DNA of 64,000 nt, from assembly GCA_951406725.2 (NCBI GenBank), contig OX597819.1, positions 94,302,001 to 94,366,000 of the forward strand. The letters run 5' to 3'. Numbering within the stretch: the stretch's first letter is position 1; each line of letters starts with the position of its first letter. Of the stretch, positions 28,047 to 43,050 are shown one piece after another. This DNA is from Octopus vulgaris. Lineage: Eukaryota. The notes below the pieces were generated by a model that saw only the letters and a list, made by a program, of their open reading frames with translations, did no database searches and was not told the DNA's origin. The position numbers and the translations under genes are program-made.

Positions 28047-29855
28047 GACTGCACACAGATTTCATCTACCAAATTAATACATAAGGCATTGGTTGGCCCA
28101 AAAGTAATGTAGAATACACTTGCCCAAGGATTGACACAATGGAATTGAACCTGAAACCAGATTTCAAAACAAGCTTCTTAGCCACACACCCATGCCTGCA
28201 CCTAGCATACTGGATGATATTGACAAAAACATAAGGGTGTTTTATTTCGTTTTTTATTATTATTTTCAGTTTGTTTTATTTTTTTCTGTCATATCTTGAA
28301 TATGGTAGCATCAATTAAAAAGCACTCCATTAAGGATTCAAATTATTGTAGAAATAAAATCAACAAATTGACTGCAACATCAAAATCTTGCTGGAAGAAG
28401 CACTGAAAAGGAAGTATAGTGTATAATTCTATAAAATAGTAATTGACAAAAGTCAGCCTAAATAAATATGAAATCTTAAGATTCTTTTAATATTCAAGAA
28501 GTGACTATTTACAAATAAATTATTTAAGGATCAGTACAGTAAGCTTTTCAAACAGTATGCTTATGTGAATAGGGTATATACAAACTGGAATATTGACCTA
28601 AGTAATTTATCAGCTAAAAAAAACAAGCCAGTTCCAAAATGGATTTATAGATTAATATCGAAGAAATGTTCGGTTTTAAAACCTGTTTTTAATATGCTAG
28701 ATCTGATTATGAATGAGTCAACATTTATGCTTTACCTCTCAACTGTAATTTACATAAATTTTACATAAATTATAGAAAAATACTTAAAATGTTGAAAAAC
28801 GTAAATTATCGAAAGAATTCACTGGATCCAGCTGGAGAGAACTAATGTAAATGAGCTTACAAATAGAAAATAAGACTTGGTGATCAAGATTAGAGACTAT
28901 CTTACATAACAAGTCAATAAGGAAGCCTCTTTGTAGCCACTTGATCAGCCAGGAATAGAAGCCAAATCTCCCTCAAATTGCATTCTGTCATTTTAGGAAA
29001 AAGGACAATGTATCATACAACATAGTCCTAGATATACATAAAAGATAGGATCATCACTGCTGGAATGCTTTTAATCGTTGATCTCACACAGTTAGGACTG
29101 ACCTGAGGCAAAACAACAATGACTGTCTTGCATTTAGACTCAAGAATTCTCATGTTATAACTTAATCTATCAATATTTGCAACCATATAGTAGACACTGG
29201 ACAAAATACTTTGTTGTATCTAGTTATACCATTTTATATCCTGAGTTCAAATGCTACTAAGGTCAGCTTCACCTTCCGTCCTTTTAAGGTCAATAAAATA
29301 AGTACCCATCAAATACTGAAGTTGAAGACCTGTTGAGGCAAGTGAAATCGAAATCGATCAAAATCAATGGAACTTGTAGTTGTGATACCAGTGCCGGTGA
29401 CACATAAGAGAACCATCCGAACGTGGCCGTTGCCAGCGCCACCCCAACTGGCCTTCGTGCCAGTGGCACGTAAAAAGCACCAACCAATCGTGGCTGCTGC
29501 CAGCCTCCCCTAGCACCTGTGCTGGTGGCACGTAAAAAGCACCCACTACACTCATGGAGTGGTTGGCATTAGGAAGGGCATCCAGTTGTAGAAACACTGC
29601 CAGATCAGACTGGGCCTGGTGCAGCCTCCTGGCTTCCCAGACCCCAATTGAACTGTCCAACCCATGCTAGCATGGAAAGCGGACGTTAAACAATGATGAT
29701 GATGATGATGATTTAATTAGAAATACACATCCTCAAAATTGTATGGTTTTGTGTCATATAGGAATCAATATTTACCATATTTGCATATTCTACCAGAAAT
29801 CATTATATTCTCAAAGCTGTTGCAGTGACAAACTTTTAACAGATTGAAAATTAAC

Positions 29856-30074
29856 AGCTGCAATAAATATGTAACACCCAGTAAAATATGTCACTGAATT
29901 CTCTGAGGTCTTCGGGTAAGGTGTATTGAACCAAAACCTGCATAAGGAAATCATAAATTGCAAAGCTGCAATAAATATGTAACACCCAGTAAAATATGTC
30001 ACTGAATTCTCTGAGGTCTTCGGGTAAGGTGTATTGAACCAAAACCTGCATAAGGAAATCATAAATTGCAAAGC
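29856..30074. repeat. Perfect 108-bp tandem duplication
   Basis: Units 29856-29963 and 29964-30071 look identical, with AGC microhomology at the junctions. Confidence 0.92.
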
Positions 30075-31776
30075 AAGGAACTGCTCTAAGTTGTTAGAGC
30101 ATCACATAGATTGGCTGCAAAATTTGTTATAGTTCTTTGTGTTCTAAATTGAAATACCTATTTCATTACTACCCACAAGGGGCTAAACACAGAGGAGACA
30201 AACAAGGACAGACAGACGAATTAAGTCAACTATATCGACCCCAGTGTGTAACTGGTACTTAATTTATCGACCCCGAAAGGATGAAAGGCCAAAGTCGACC
30301 TCAGCAGAATTTGAACTCAGAACGTAACGGCAGACAAAATACCGCAAAGCATTTCGCCCGGCGTGCTAACGTTTCTGCCAGCTTGCCGCCTTCTAAATTG
30401 AAATACCGTCAAGATTAACTCCATCTTTCATCTTTTCAGCAGGGTTCAATAAATAGTGCTAGTCCTGCATTGGGGTTAATTCTTCTTTTTCTCTTTCACT
30501 CTTTCTTGCTGGCTGGCTGGCTGGCTGGATGGATGGATGGATGGATGGCTGCCTCTTACTGCTTCTGGAAGAAATTGACTGTGGTCAGCTCTGGGAAGGG
30601 AAATTGACCAAGATATGCTATATATCATGATAACTCTCTCATGACTCCACCAGAAAGACACCACAAAACAAGCTACATTTTATTGCTGTAGATTAGACCT
30701 ATGCCAGACCTCATCAAACAGACCTCTGATCAAATGTATTCTAATCATGACTATCCCATTGTTTTATGTACCCAAGACTACATCATGCAATGTGTTCTTT
30801 CACTTTTAAGCAGTCAGTGATTCAAGAGAAATTTAGCTGCTTTCTTTCAAGTTTGTCGGATGACTACTCAAGGGTTCTTTTGTTGGCACATGTTATCGTT
30901 ACCAATAGCAACAGCTGGATGTATTTGTAAGCTCCAATGAAATAATTGACCTATATCTAATTTTAATCCTTTTTCAATTACTAGATTTCATCACTGAGGT
31001 CTTTGTTTAAGTAAGAGTGCTCAAGATTTCTTGTATGCAGTGTGTAGCACTTGAAAGTTGAGGATAGATAGACAATGTTGCTATTGGCTACAAAGAAGAC
31101 AAAAGATGGAGTTAAGGGATAATATTTTATTGTTGAAAATTAATTAGAATGCTGAAGAAATAACATAAGCTTATTTTAAGCTTGGAATTAATAGGACACA
31201 GCTTTGATATCAATTTGGTTCTTTTAACATACAAGATAGAAGAGAAGACTGTCCAAAGCTTCTAGTTTATATTATTCCATTTAGTCAGGATAATTGATTA
31301 GAGAAATTGTGGTGAAGCAGAGCCGAGACTTAAAGTATCAGGCAATATTTAATCATGTCTCTTTACATTCTGTGTTCTAATCCTATCAAGGATAACTTTT
31401 GACCATAAAATATACATTGGGCTCAAAGTAGTGAGCCCAATTTCAAATTTATACTTTCAAAATCTATGAAATTCACTTAAGCTTTTCATCCATTTAAGTT
31501 TGATAAAATAAAAATCAGTAATACTACAAGTCAATTAATTCTGTTCCTCTTCTGTCTAAATTTTACTACTGTATAGCTTCATACAGAAATTATTTAACTA
31601 CTACCTTTTATTTCTATTTTAAATATATGCATGTATACATATATATATATTGCTGGGTGGTTGGTGTTAGGTAGAGCATCCAGCTGTAAAAAACCTACCA
31701 AAACAGTCACAGAAGTCTGGTGCAGGCTTCTGCCTGGCCAGCTCCTGTCAAACCATCCCACTCATGCCAGCATTGA

Positions 31777-31938
<162 letters not shown>

Positions 31939-33573
31939 TAAGCCAGGGAGCTACACTAGGTTCCAATCTGGTTTGGCATGGTTTCTATGGCTGGATGCCC
32001 TTCCTAATGCCAACCACTCCAAGACTGTAGTGGGTGCTTTTTACATGTCACTGGCACAGGTGCCATTGACATATATATATACATACGTATATATATAAAT
32101 ATATATGTCCCAATGCATGGCACCTTGGGCAAGTGTTATCTACTATAATGATAAAAGAAGGGATAGAAAGCAGCAATAAATTAAGCCAAGAAAGACAGCA
32201 ATGAAAGCCAAAAGTACATGCACAGTACACAGAATAAAGCATAAAATGACAGAAAAATGAATAGTAAAAGAGCCATACAGAAGAAATGGTAGACACATCA
32301 GGAATAGTATCAGTGAGTTTCAATAAGCACAGAATTTTTGAAGGATGCATTGTCCTGACAGCTAATCACTACTGCAAGTAGTTTATTTCATGCTTTGTCA
32401 ACCCTGAGTAAGAAAAATTGTATCCAGAAGTCATGGATGTTATACTCTTTTTTATTTTTTTTATTTTTTTTTATTTTGGAATGGTATAGTAACTTTTTGT
32501 ATAAATCAGTTTATAATATAATTAGACTTGGAACTGTCTAATTGGAACTTGGAACATGTTATCTCATGGTAGACTATGTTATGGTATCACATAGAATAAT
32601 TTTGCATTTTGTGATATAAAGTTTGGTATCGTGAATATAGTATATAGAATTTTCTTTTCCAGGCTTACATGGGTGTGTGTGTGTGTGTGAACATTCATGC
32701 ATGCTTATATGTACCTCCTCTAGACGTAGCCTCCAGAATGTTCTACACATTTTCCCAGTCCCATTTGTAATTGTAATTTCATAATCACCCTTGTCCTTTG
32801 GGGTTTTATGAAGCCTATTTTCCCAATTTGCCTCTGAAGCAGTTAGGTACATAACCAACGGCCTCAATAATCACAGCTGGAAATCTAAAATTATTGTTTA
32901 AAGTTGGTCTATGATCTTGTGAGTGAAATTCAACAGATGGAACTATAAAGACCTCCAGTTCTGTAATTCAAAAGGCACAACTTTGACACTCAACCTGAGG
33001 ATACCAATAAGAATATAAATGTCTGTGGAATATTCAGCCACTTACACTATTATTCGATAAGTAGGCAATTCAGTTGATCAAACAATTGGAATAAACATTA
33101 GTAAAGCAGGCAGGGATCCACTCACTTAATATGTCCTTGCTTATATGTGTGTATTTACATTCATCCACATATATTAATTAATGGTCCAAATTCCTCTTCT
33201 GATTATACATATATATTTCATGTACTTTTAATTTCTCCGTGTATATGTATTAAGATATATTTACACATACAAACAAAAGAACATATTTCTACATGCACAC
33301 GCATGAAATACTTCAAATATATATATATAGTTTTATTAGTTTTATTCGAACACATAAGACAGCTATTATGCTCACTCCCCACAAAAAACCACCACGTGGA
33401 TTCTGTTGAGACCAGTAAGAAACAATTATGAACTTTTTTATTACACTTAACTTTTTAAAATATTTTTGATAAGGTTCGTTTTTTTCAAGAAGAACTGAAA
33501 CGTAAAATTTCTAAGAAAATTAAAATTTATCTTATATAGTGGCGTTTTCAAACTTCTTTTTTATAAATATATA

Positions 33574-33634
<61 letters not shown>

Positions 33635-34364
33635 ATATATCATGGACCTCCTCTACAGCAAGACATCTGTTTCTGCCTCCCTATCACACTCTAATCTTTC
33701 ATCAGCTGACACAAGGTCACCTCCTCCAATGAGCCCTCCCCTCTCAAAGACTCTTTGTCTTGCAAAGTCACTTGGTGACCCCCACCAATGCAGGTACCAC
33801 TCAGAAAGCACCCAGTCTGCACTGTTAAGTGGTTGGCATTTCAGAGGGCATTCAGCTATAAAAACCATGCCAAATCTGATCTTGCCTGTGCAAGTGCCAT
33901 GTAAAAAACACTCAGTCCACTCTACAGAGTGGTTGGTATTAGGAAGGGCATCCAGGTGTAGAAACTATACCAAAACAGATGCAGAAGCATAGCACAGACT
34001 CCCACCTGGTCAGCTCCTGTCAAACTGTCCAACCTATGCCAGCATGGAAAGAGGACATTAAACAATAAACGAATGAATGATAGATTTAATAATTCTTGAG
34101 ATATAGTGTAAAGTAACACGGTGTAGCATGTGTAATGTAGTTTATATAATATATTTACAGTGGCTGAAATGTTTGAAATAACACCTTGGGCAAGTGTTTT
34201 CTACTATAGCCTTGGGTTGACCAAAGCCTTGTGAATGGATTTGGAAGATGGAAACTGAAAGAAGCCTAAGAGACCATAAGTCAGGGAGAAGATGTACTCC
34301 TATATAACTGTCAGTAGAGTGGGTATAATTGATAGCAGAAATTGTGGTGAAGCAGAGCCCAGAC

Positions 34365-34405
<41 letters not shown>

Positions 34406-34819
34406 TTTGTGTGTGTGTGTGTGTCTTTCTGTTGGTGTTTGTCAACCCATCACTGCTTGACAACTGGTGTTGGTGTGTTCCTGTTCCTGTAGCTTCGCAG
34501 TTCAGCAAAAAAGGGACCAATAGAATAAGTACTAGGCTTAAAAAATTAAGTCCTGGGGTCGATTTGTGCGACTAAAATCCTTCAAGGCAGTGCTCCAGCA
34601 TGGCCACAGTCTAATGACTGGAGCAGATAAAAGAATACAAGAATATAACATCATCGTTATATAACTGTCACTACTTCATCAAAATTACCATTGCAAATTC
34701 CTTGTCATCATCGTCATCGTCATCATTTATGGCATCATAATTGTTACTTCTATTATTATTATTATTATTAATATAATTGAATGAGAAAAATAAGTAAGAA
34801 ATGATAAATTTGCTTTACC

Positions 34820-34871
<52 letters not shown>

Positions 34872-37800
34872 CTTCCTTTCACACTTCCACCCTCTCTCAT
34901 AAATATTTATAGATACCAGCAAATAGAGGGTTTCTATAAGTTTGTTCACCCTGCAAGAAATAGCAGCTGAATTTCCTTCAAGTCACTGTCTTAGAAAAGA
35001 ATATGTTAGATAATGTGATTCTGGATTTCTTGCATTTAGAAGGAAAAAAAGAGAACGAAGGGATGGTCATAGTTGGAATATTTTTGATCAAAGGTCAACT
35101 GGTTCAGAAGACTGACCAGAAACTAAACGACAGGAACTTCAACAACATAAGACAAGATAGCCTCAATTGGGTTGCTTTGCCTGCTAGAAATAACAGCCAG
35201 ATCTTCCTCAAACTATATCATCCCACAAAAAAAGAAGGTACATGTTGGATGATGTAGTTCTAGATATGCAATGCTTGAATAAAACACTGGATGGTTATTA
35301 CTGAAATGCCTTTAATGGGGACTAATATTGACATAAATCACAACACTTATAGTTATTAAGAGAGAGGGTACAGGGGAAAATGGTATTGTTGCTTTGGTTG
35401 AGAACAAGTAAATGATGGCAGACTTGAAGTGAATGAATGATGTGAGCTGATGATGTTGGTGAGCAAGAAAGTCTAAGAGAAAAGCAGTGAAATCCAGATT
35501 TTACTTCATCCACGGATATTTAATTCAGTTCTGTTAATTAAAAATACAAACAGGAAAGGTTATATATAAATAGACAAATACGGATCTGAAATAAATAAAT
35601 AAATAAATAAATTCGTACAAAAGTACACAGCCAGAAACTCTAGGGAATGGAACAATTAATTATACTATTCCAAATACTTGACTTCGAAAGAAATGGTAAA
35701 ATTGACCTGAGCTGGATTTGAACGCAGAGTGACATAACTAATACCACAAAGCATTCTATAGGACGCTCTAAAGATTCTACCCTTGACGTTTCTGCTAACG
35801 AAAAAAATTCCCAAATTTTATTCATTTATTTGTTTACATGTTATAAAAATAGGGACCCAGTCGACGATGTTGAAAGGGAGATAAGCAAAAAATTATGAAA
35901 GAGTTGTTTCCCTTTATAAGAGTTCATGTAAATTTGCCTTGGACTTCACAATTTATTATAGTGTCGAAGTCATTTTATCAATTTAAAAACACGAAAAATT
36001 GGACATCTTTTACTTTTCATCCATTTCTTTATAACACAGTCAAACGCTAATAAATAAATCGTCCCTTTTTTTCTTTCTTGTTTTTTTTTCTTTCCTTGTT
36101 CCTTTTTTTCCATTTTTCTTTTTCTCTAAGATTTGAGTTTATATAATAATAATAATGAAATTATTGTATACAGCGCTCAGGTGCACAACTTGTCAAAAGT
36201 GCGTATATATTTTCAATGTGGTTTTTTTAATGTCAAAATTTCCGATAAAATACTCTTTAGTCATTAAATATATAAAGTTATGAAAAAATATCAAAGAAAA
36301 ACAAAGTTTTATTGTAAAATCATTTTAAGATTAGACATATGTAATAAACAGATTTTTATTTATTAAAAACTTATTTAATAAGTCACAGTTTATAATATAT
36401 AATAGGTTGCAGTGAGTTTATGTGTGTTAATTATTATTCATAATTATATCTGTAATGCTGAGGTCGACCTTGCCTTTCATCCTTTCGGGGTTCATAAAAT
36501 AAATTCCAGTTGAACACTGAGGTTAATGTAATCGCTTAGGCTCCGTCCCCCAAATTTCAGGCTTTGCGTCTATCAAAGAAAGGATTAATAATACGTGAAC
36601 TATTATTACTGCATCTTGGTTTTCAGTTTATGGGTGTGGATTTACAAATGCTTACGCTCTAAGTAAATATTGAGATGAAATATTTAAATAAATAATTAAT
36701 ACAAACCTAATCTATTAGAAGCCTCATTGCTATTGTCATTGTTATCAGCCAGGCTGCAAAAATCAATGGAAATTATGTAAATTTTACACAAACATCAAAG
36801 CAATTTTTTTTTTTTTTTTTCTTTAAATTTCAGTGCAGTATCTAATGATTCTGCCCATCCAAATACGGTAGCAAATATCGATAGATTAAGTTATAACAAG
36901 AGAATTCTAAAATCTAAAGGCAAGACAACGATCGTCGTCGTTGTTGTCATCGTCATCGTCGCCGCCATCGTCGTTTAGCCCCCAAGTCAGCCCTAAGAAA
37001 TCTCTACACATATCAAGAAAAGAATTTTTGTGTCTCATCCTACAAAACATAAATCATACAGAAATAAAATCTTCAAAATCCTAGACCTCACCACCAGTAA
37101 TGATCTCTCTCCTTGACAATTTCACAGCATCAGTTAACCACATACTGCATCGCAAATCTTGCCTTCCCCTTCAGGGTTAGAAAACACTTCAGCTTCAATA
37201 ATTACTGCTCATCTAGTAAAAGCAAGGACCAGATGGGCACTAAGGTTGATGTAATCAACTGGCACATTTCCCCAAAATTTTGGGTTAGGGTATATAGGTA
37301 CAATTGGCCTTGTACATATAGTGGAAAGAATTATAATTGAGTGAGAGAGCAGTGCATGCCATCAAAGTGACATTGGGGTACAGGTATTTGAAACGCAATA
37401 TTATCCATCAGTATACTTCCCATCTCATAAGGGTACACCAGGCACATACATCACAACCATATGCATGTGACATGGTGACCTCATATGAAGATAAACAGCA
37501 CATAAACTTACAGGTGAGGTCCAGTTAGAATTTTCTTCAGGTTGAGTAGTCCATTCTGTCCAAAAGGTCCCTGAATAAGGGTTGTTTAAGGATGATGAAT
37601 GAAACACCCATGTTTCCAGAGATGAATTATTCAAACACCAGAGAATTCCTCTCAACAGAAGACTATGATGCTCCTTCACGACTCCTGTTCGTGATCAGAG
37701 CCACATATTGTCAGCCACCAAGGGATAAGCTCAACTGGCTAAGGTCAAGCAACTGACAAGCGAATCTGCAGTATTGAGCAGAAAGTTTGTTGAAGCCCAT

Positions 37801-37921
37801 CTTTTACACCAACACAAAACATGTACCTATTAACACTTCTGATCAGTTAAGATCAGAAAACATGAAAACCACTGCCTGGTACTGCAGCAGGACATGCATC
37901 ATCATCATCATCATCATCACC

Positions 37922-37953
<32 letters not shown>

Positions 37954-37992
37954 TATCATCATTATCATCATCATCATTATTATTATCATCAA

Positions 37993-38042
<50 letters not shown>

Positions 38043-38169
38043 TCATCATTATTATTATTCCACTGAGATCAATTTTGCCTTTCATCGTTTCAGAGTTGAT
38101 AAAAGAGGTACTAGTCGAGCACTGGGGTGAATGTACTCGAGTACATTCACCCACTGCCCCAAAATTGCT

Positions 38170-38340
38170 ATAGAAAGTGTTTTATGTAGGATGTGCGCAG
38201 TGCCTATTTTCTGTATGTTATATACATTTGTAATATCTTTTCATCATACCTAATGCTCCTACTATTATAAGAATTGTTTCTGTTTTGGGGCTCCTTGTTC
38301 AAGTTACCTCTGTTTCCAGATCTTTGTATTTTGAAAGTTT
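38170..38340 (-). mobile_element. R4/Dong-like LINE, restriction-like endonuclease fragment
   Basis: Minus translation KLSKYKDLETEVT*TRSPKTETILIIVGALGMMK (KxxKY motif + IVGALG); abuts (ATT)n. Confidence 0.75.
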
Positions 38341-38361
38341 ATTATTATTATTATTATTATT

Positions 38362-38724
38362 ATCTTTTTTTTTTCTTCTTTCAAATTTGCTTCCATTTCT
38401 TGCCGAGTGTCTTCCCGACTCCTAGGGCAAAGAAACTCATAGTATTCATTGGTAGGCCATTAAACCAAACTCAATAGTTCATTCATTTTTTTTTTTTTTT
38501 TTAAGTTAAATTAAAATACATGAGCAGCAACAGTTCTCACATTGACAATGCTCTTCTCAATACGTGTGATGTACCAGTTAAGACAATCTTTTGCACTTCT
38601 TGCAGGGATGGTAAGCCAGGGATCATTCTCATATAATTTTCGGTTCCCTTCTTGATCATTCCTAGTGCTCCTACAATCACTGGTATTGTAACCGCCTTGA
38701 GATGCCACATTTTCTCAATTACAA
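38362..38724 (-). mobile_element. R4/Dong-like LINE 3' end inserted in (TAA)n
   Basis: IEKMWHLKAVTIPVIVGALGMIKKG...LQEVQKIVLTGTSHVLRRALSM*, then a 3'UTR with A-rich tail; (ATT)n on both sides. Confidence 0.8.
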
Positions 38725-38772
<48 letters not shown>

Positions 38773-38824
38773 CATTATTATTATTATTATTATTTATATT
38801 GTTATTATTTTTATTATCTTCCAG

Positions 38825-38976
38825 AATTGCGGGAACCACCATACTGGGCTTCCTATTCACGTGCAAGGCTATTGATACATACTGTAATCAACAGCAAATA
38901 CTTTGATTTAGCCATTGCGGGTGTGATTGGTCTCAATGTCATAACTATGGCAACAGAGTATTATCTTATGCCAGAA
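38825..38976 (+). CDS. Cav3: T-type Ca2+ channel alpha-1 (Cav3) exon: end of III-IV linker + IVS1
   Basis: ttccAG acceptor (38823-24), GTaagt donor (38977); 152 nt, phase 1 in / 0 out. Translates (xAA)LREPPYWASYSRARLLIHTVINSKYFDLAIAGVIGLNVITMATEYYLMPE, matching Cav3 PYY/W..YS..R..IH...S.YxDL.I.GVIGLNV.TMA.E.Y. Confidence 0.96.
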
Positions 38977-39158
38977 GTAAGTAATCTGATTAAATCATTG
39001 AATTACTTTTGAATACTAACTCATAACATTATTTGTTGTACTCCCTCTACCTCCCTCACTCACTCTCTCTATCTATCTTTATATCTATCTAACTATCTGT
39101 CTATCTGTCTGTCTGTCTGTCTACCTGTATCTATGCTCTCTCTCCTCCTCTCTCTCCT

Positions 39159-39200
<42 letters not shown>

Positions 39201-39985
39201 CTCCCTCTCTCGTCAGCATTCATTTTTTTCATGCTGGCATGGGTTTTGATGGTTTGACTGGAGCTTGTAGTCCTGCACTAGGCTCCAGTTTGTTTTGGCT
39301 TGGTTTCCATGGTTAGATACCCTTCCTAATGCCAATCACTCTACAAAGTACACTGGGTGCAATGACCAATATAATACACACATTCACACACACACACATG
39401 CACACACACAAACATGCATATATAAAGCATTCACACCTCATTTTAATTTCATATACAATCTCATGTCAGTGTTTTTAAAATATACACCATCAAAGAAAAC
39501 ACAAAATTCTCAGAGGCTTTCTGATTCAGCCACAGCTCTGCATTCTTGGTTCAAATTCTGCCAACATCGACTTTATCTTTTGTTCTCCTAACATTGATAA
39601 AATAAAAGTCCAGAAATTGAACTCACTACCTCATGATTGTAAGCCCAATGCATAACCACTGAGCCATGCCTCTTCGCTGGTACACTAGAGATTAAATATC
39701 AAATGTAAAATAAAACAAAAACATTGGCCTGATGAGATTATAAAATATACTGAAACATCATCATCATTATCATTATCCTCATTGTTTTAACATCCACCTT
39801 TCCATTCTCGCATGGGTCTGACAGAATTTCTTGAAGTGAATTTTCAAGAGTCAGATACCCTTCCTCCTGCCAACCATTTCCTGTTTCCTAGTAAGGTAAT
39901 ATTTCCCCTCAGCCAGATATGTTTCCACAGAAGTTTGGTAACAAAGGACACTGCTTGCATGACAGTAACACTCACACACACACAA

Positions 39986-40027
<42 letters not shown>

Positions 40028-41423
40028 TTGGCCATCCCAAATTTATGTGTGTAGGCCCTTTCTCAAGGTGCCAAACCTGGAACATTTCTTACTGCACTGT
40101 CACACTTGTGCCTGTTTCCATAATTGTCCCCTATTTGAAAACAAAAATCTGGTTGTCTTTTCTGTTTCATGTAGGTTAATTGAAAATTTATTCATATTTG
40201 TGGGTTTTCTGACAACTTACATTCATTCATTCGATACTACACAGTTCTGCTTGAAAAACAAGCAAGAGAGTAATTTCTTTTTTTCCGCATACATCAAACC
40301 CAACAGGAGAGTCAATCATATCAATTGCTGCATTGTACATGAAGTATGTAGTACAACATTTTCAAGAAATAAGGATTCTTTTTTATCCATCAGAATTTCA
40401 ATTAATCAAAGGCAAATAAGATTTATTTGAACTTGTTTGTTGGTTAATATTGGAAATTGTAGTTGTGATCCCTGTGCTGATGGCACATAAAAAACACCAT
40501 CCAAATGTGGCCGATGCCAGCGCCGCCTTGACTGGCTTCCGTGCCGGTGGCACATAAAAAGCACCAACCGATCGTAGCCGTTGCCAGCCTCACCTGGCAC
40601 CTGTACCGGTGGCACGTAAAAAGCACTCACTAAACTCACAAAGTGGTTGGCATTAGGAAGGGTATCCAGCTGTAGAAACACTGCTAGATCAGACTGGAGC
40701 CTGGTGCAGCCTTCTTGCTTCCCAAATCCTGGCCAAACCGTCCAACCCATGCTAGCATGGAAAATGGACGTTAAACAATGATGATGTGTTAATTAACAAA
40801 GAAAAATTTATTACATGCTAAAAGTATTAGAATCTAGAACACTATGGCTATAATGCTTACAAAGTTACTTTCACCAAAAATCTTAGTTTTTCTTCTTTCC
40901 CCCCCCCCGTTTTGTTGTTGTTTTTTTTTGATGGGGAGGGGGACTTGAATGAGGTACAAAAGGGATAGGTACTTCAAGAATTTTTATTTTCATTTTGTTT
41001 GTTTATGGTTTTTCTTTAAAAAAAAACACTATTTCATTCAATTATCCGCCCACAGAATCCTGCCTGAGTGGATATGTTTGAAAACAAGGTCTTCAGTTTT
41101 GACAGTAATGTATGAATGTAAACAAAGCAAACATGAAATTCAAATGACAACATGCTTTGTTTATTATACAGTGCACAGCTAAATAACATCATTAGAAGAC
41201 TGACTGGGTGACACATCATAATCAATGGAAATGGTGGACTGAAAAGTCAGCGAGGTGGAGAGGGGTGGAAGAACATAGAAAATATCAATACTTATCAACA
41301 AACTCAGTCACACAGCCGCTCTTATACTCACTTGCACATACGCATTCTCATACATAGATATAATAAAACACCAGGAAAACACACACATACACATATATAT
41401 GTATATATACGTGTAGACATTAA

Positions 41424-41456
<33 letters not shown>

Positions 41457-41594
41457 CCTGTGAATATAAATATGCATGTGTGTATATATGCATGTGTGTA
41501 TGTATGTATGTATGTATATATGTACATATGTATAAGTGCACTCACACATTTATACAATGTGCTCACAGCTAAAAGAAAAACAAGGGTAAAAAAA

Positions 41595-41670
41595 GCACAC
41601 ACGCAAACATACACACACACAAGCACAAATACACACACACACACACAAGCACGCACACACACAAGCACAA

Positions 41671-41701
<31 letters not shown>

Positions 41702-41878
41702 ACACACACACACACACATACATACACACAAGCACACACACACGCATACACACACACATACACACACACACACACACAAACAAACACACACACACACACA
41801 CAAAACAAACACACACACACACATACACACAAACAAACACACACACACACATACACACAAACAAACACACACACACAA
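41595..41878. repeat. Imperfect (CA)n microsatellite
   Basis: Directly visible. Confidence 0.95.
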
Positions 41879-42088
41879 AAAAAAACCTTCTTGATCTGCA
41901 TTTTTTTCTCTCTGCTTCTTGTTCCCCTACTTCTGCCCCCCCCCCCCATCTCTGCCATACTGCTTTGCATATTGTATACACAACATTAAAATTCAATGTC
42001 TAGCTGTTGACAACTTCTTTGCAGATTAAAAATTTTAATGAAGTTTTAATGTTTATTTAATCTTCTTTCTTCCTCGTTCTCTTTCCAG

Positions 42089-42198
42089 GGCTTAGAGTTT
42101 GCTTTGAAAATTTTTAACTATTTTTTTACCAGTGTTTTTATTTTGGAAGCCACTATGAAAATGGTAGCACTGGGCTTCATGAGATACATGAGAGAACG
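42089..42198 (+). CDS. Cav3: Cav3 exon: IVS2
   Basis: Polypyrimidine tract + ccAG (42087-88), GTaaag donor (42199); 110 nt, phase 0/2. Translates GLEFALKIFNYFFTSVFILEATMKMVALGFMRYMRE(R). Not in the ORF track; found by manual translation. Confidence 0.95.
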
Positions 42199-42414
42199 GT
42201 AAAGTACCAACTTAATGTCTTCCTTTGATCCAATTTTTTCCGAAAAATTGATTTACTTATAAACTTTAATTCCAGGCATCCTGACATCTCCACCCATAAG
42301 CATGAATACATACACACACACAGATGCACACATACACACACACATGCATACACACAAACATATATACACACACACACACACACACACGCGCACACACACA
42401 CACACACACACACA

Positions 42415-42445
<31 letters not shown>

Positions 42446-42539
42446 TGCATGCATGCATGTATTTGTATATCGTATCACTGTACTGACCAGACTATTGGAT
42501 ATTGTTTACACCATTGGTCATAATGTGCTTCCTTATATA

Positions 42540-43050
42540 CCATAAATCTTCAAGTATAGTCCACCCTTGAGTATAATACACAGGGGATTTTTAGGGGCTG
42601 TACCTCTGAAAAACCTAAACCTTGTGTATAATACGCACCCCTTCTCTAACTTGAGTCAAGGAGGTCTATATAATGTCCTTGGTTTGTAAAAATGTATGCA
42701 GTAACATCCTTTATTATTATTGTATATATATCATAATGCAAACATGTAGCTTTTTTGTGCATTTTGTTTGCAGAAAATAAAGAAGTAACAGTAATAACGT
42801 TTAATAAATGTTGCTTACTGCAAGTTATGGATGATTCTTTTCTGACTTCATTGCTTTCAGGCTTAGCTTAAGGTATTTTCGTGCGCAACATCACAAAATG
42901 CATCTGAATAAACATTGCCGGACAGCAAATAGAGACTCAAACGATGCTTAGAAAATAATTTTCATTTTTAACCTCATATATAGTACGCACTAGGGATTTT
43001 GACCTTTAAATTTTGGGGAAAAAATGGGGATTATACTCGAGGATTTACAT
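42540..43050. mobile_element. Tc2/pogo-like MITE
   Basis: TA flanks; degenerate TIRs ccataaatcttcaagtatag / ttatactcgaggatttacat. Confidence 0.6.
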
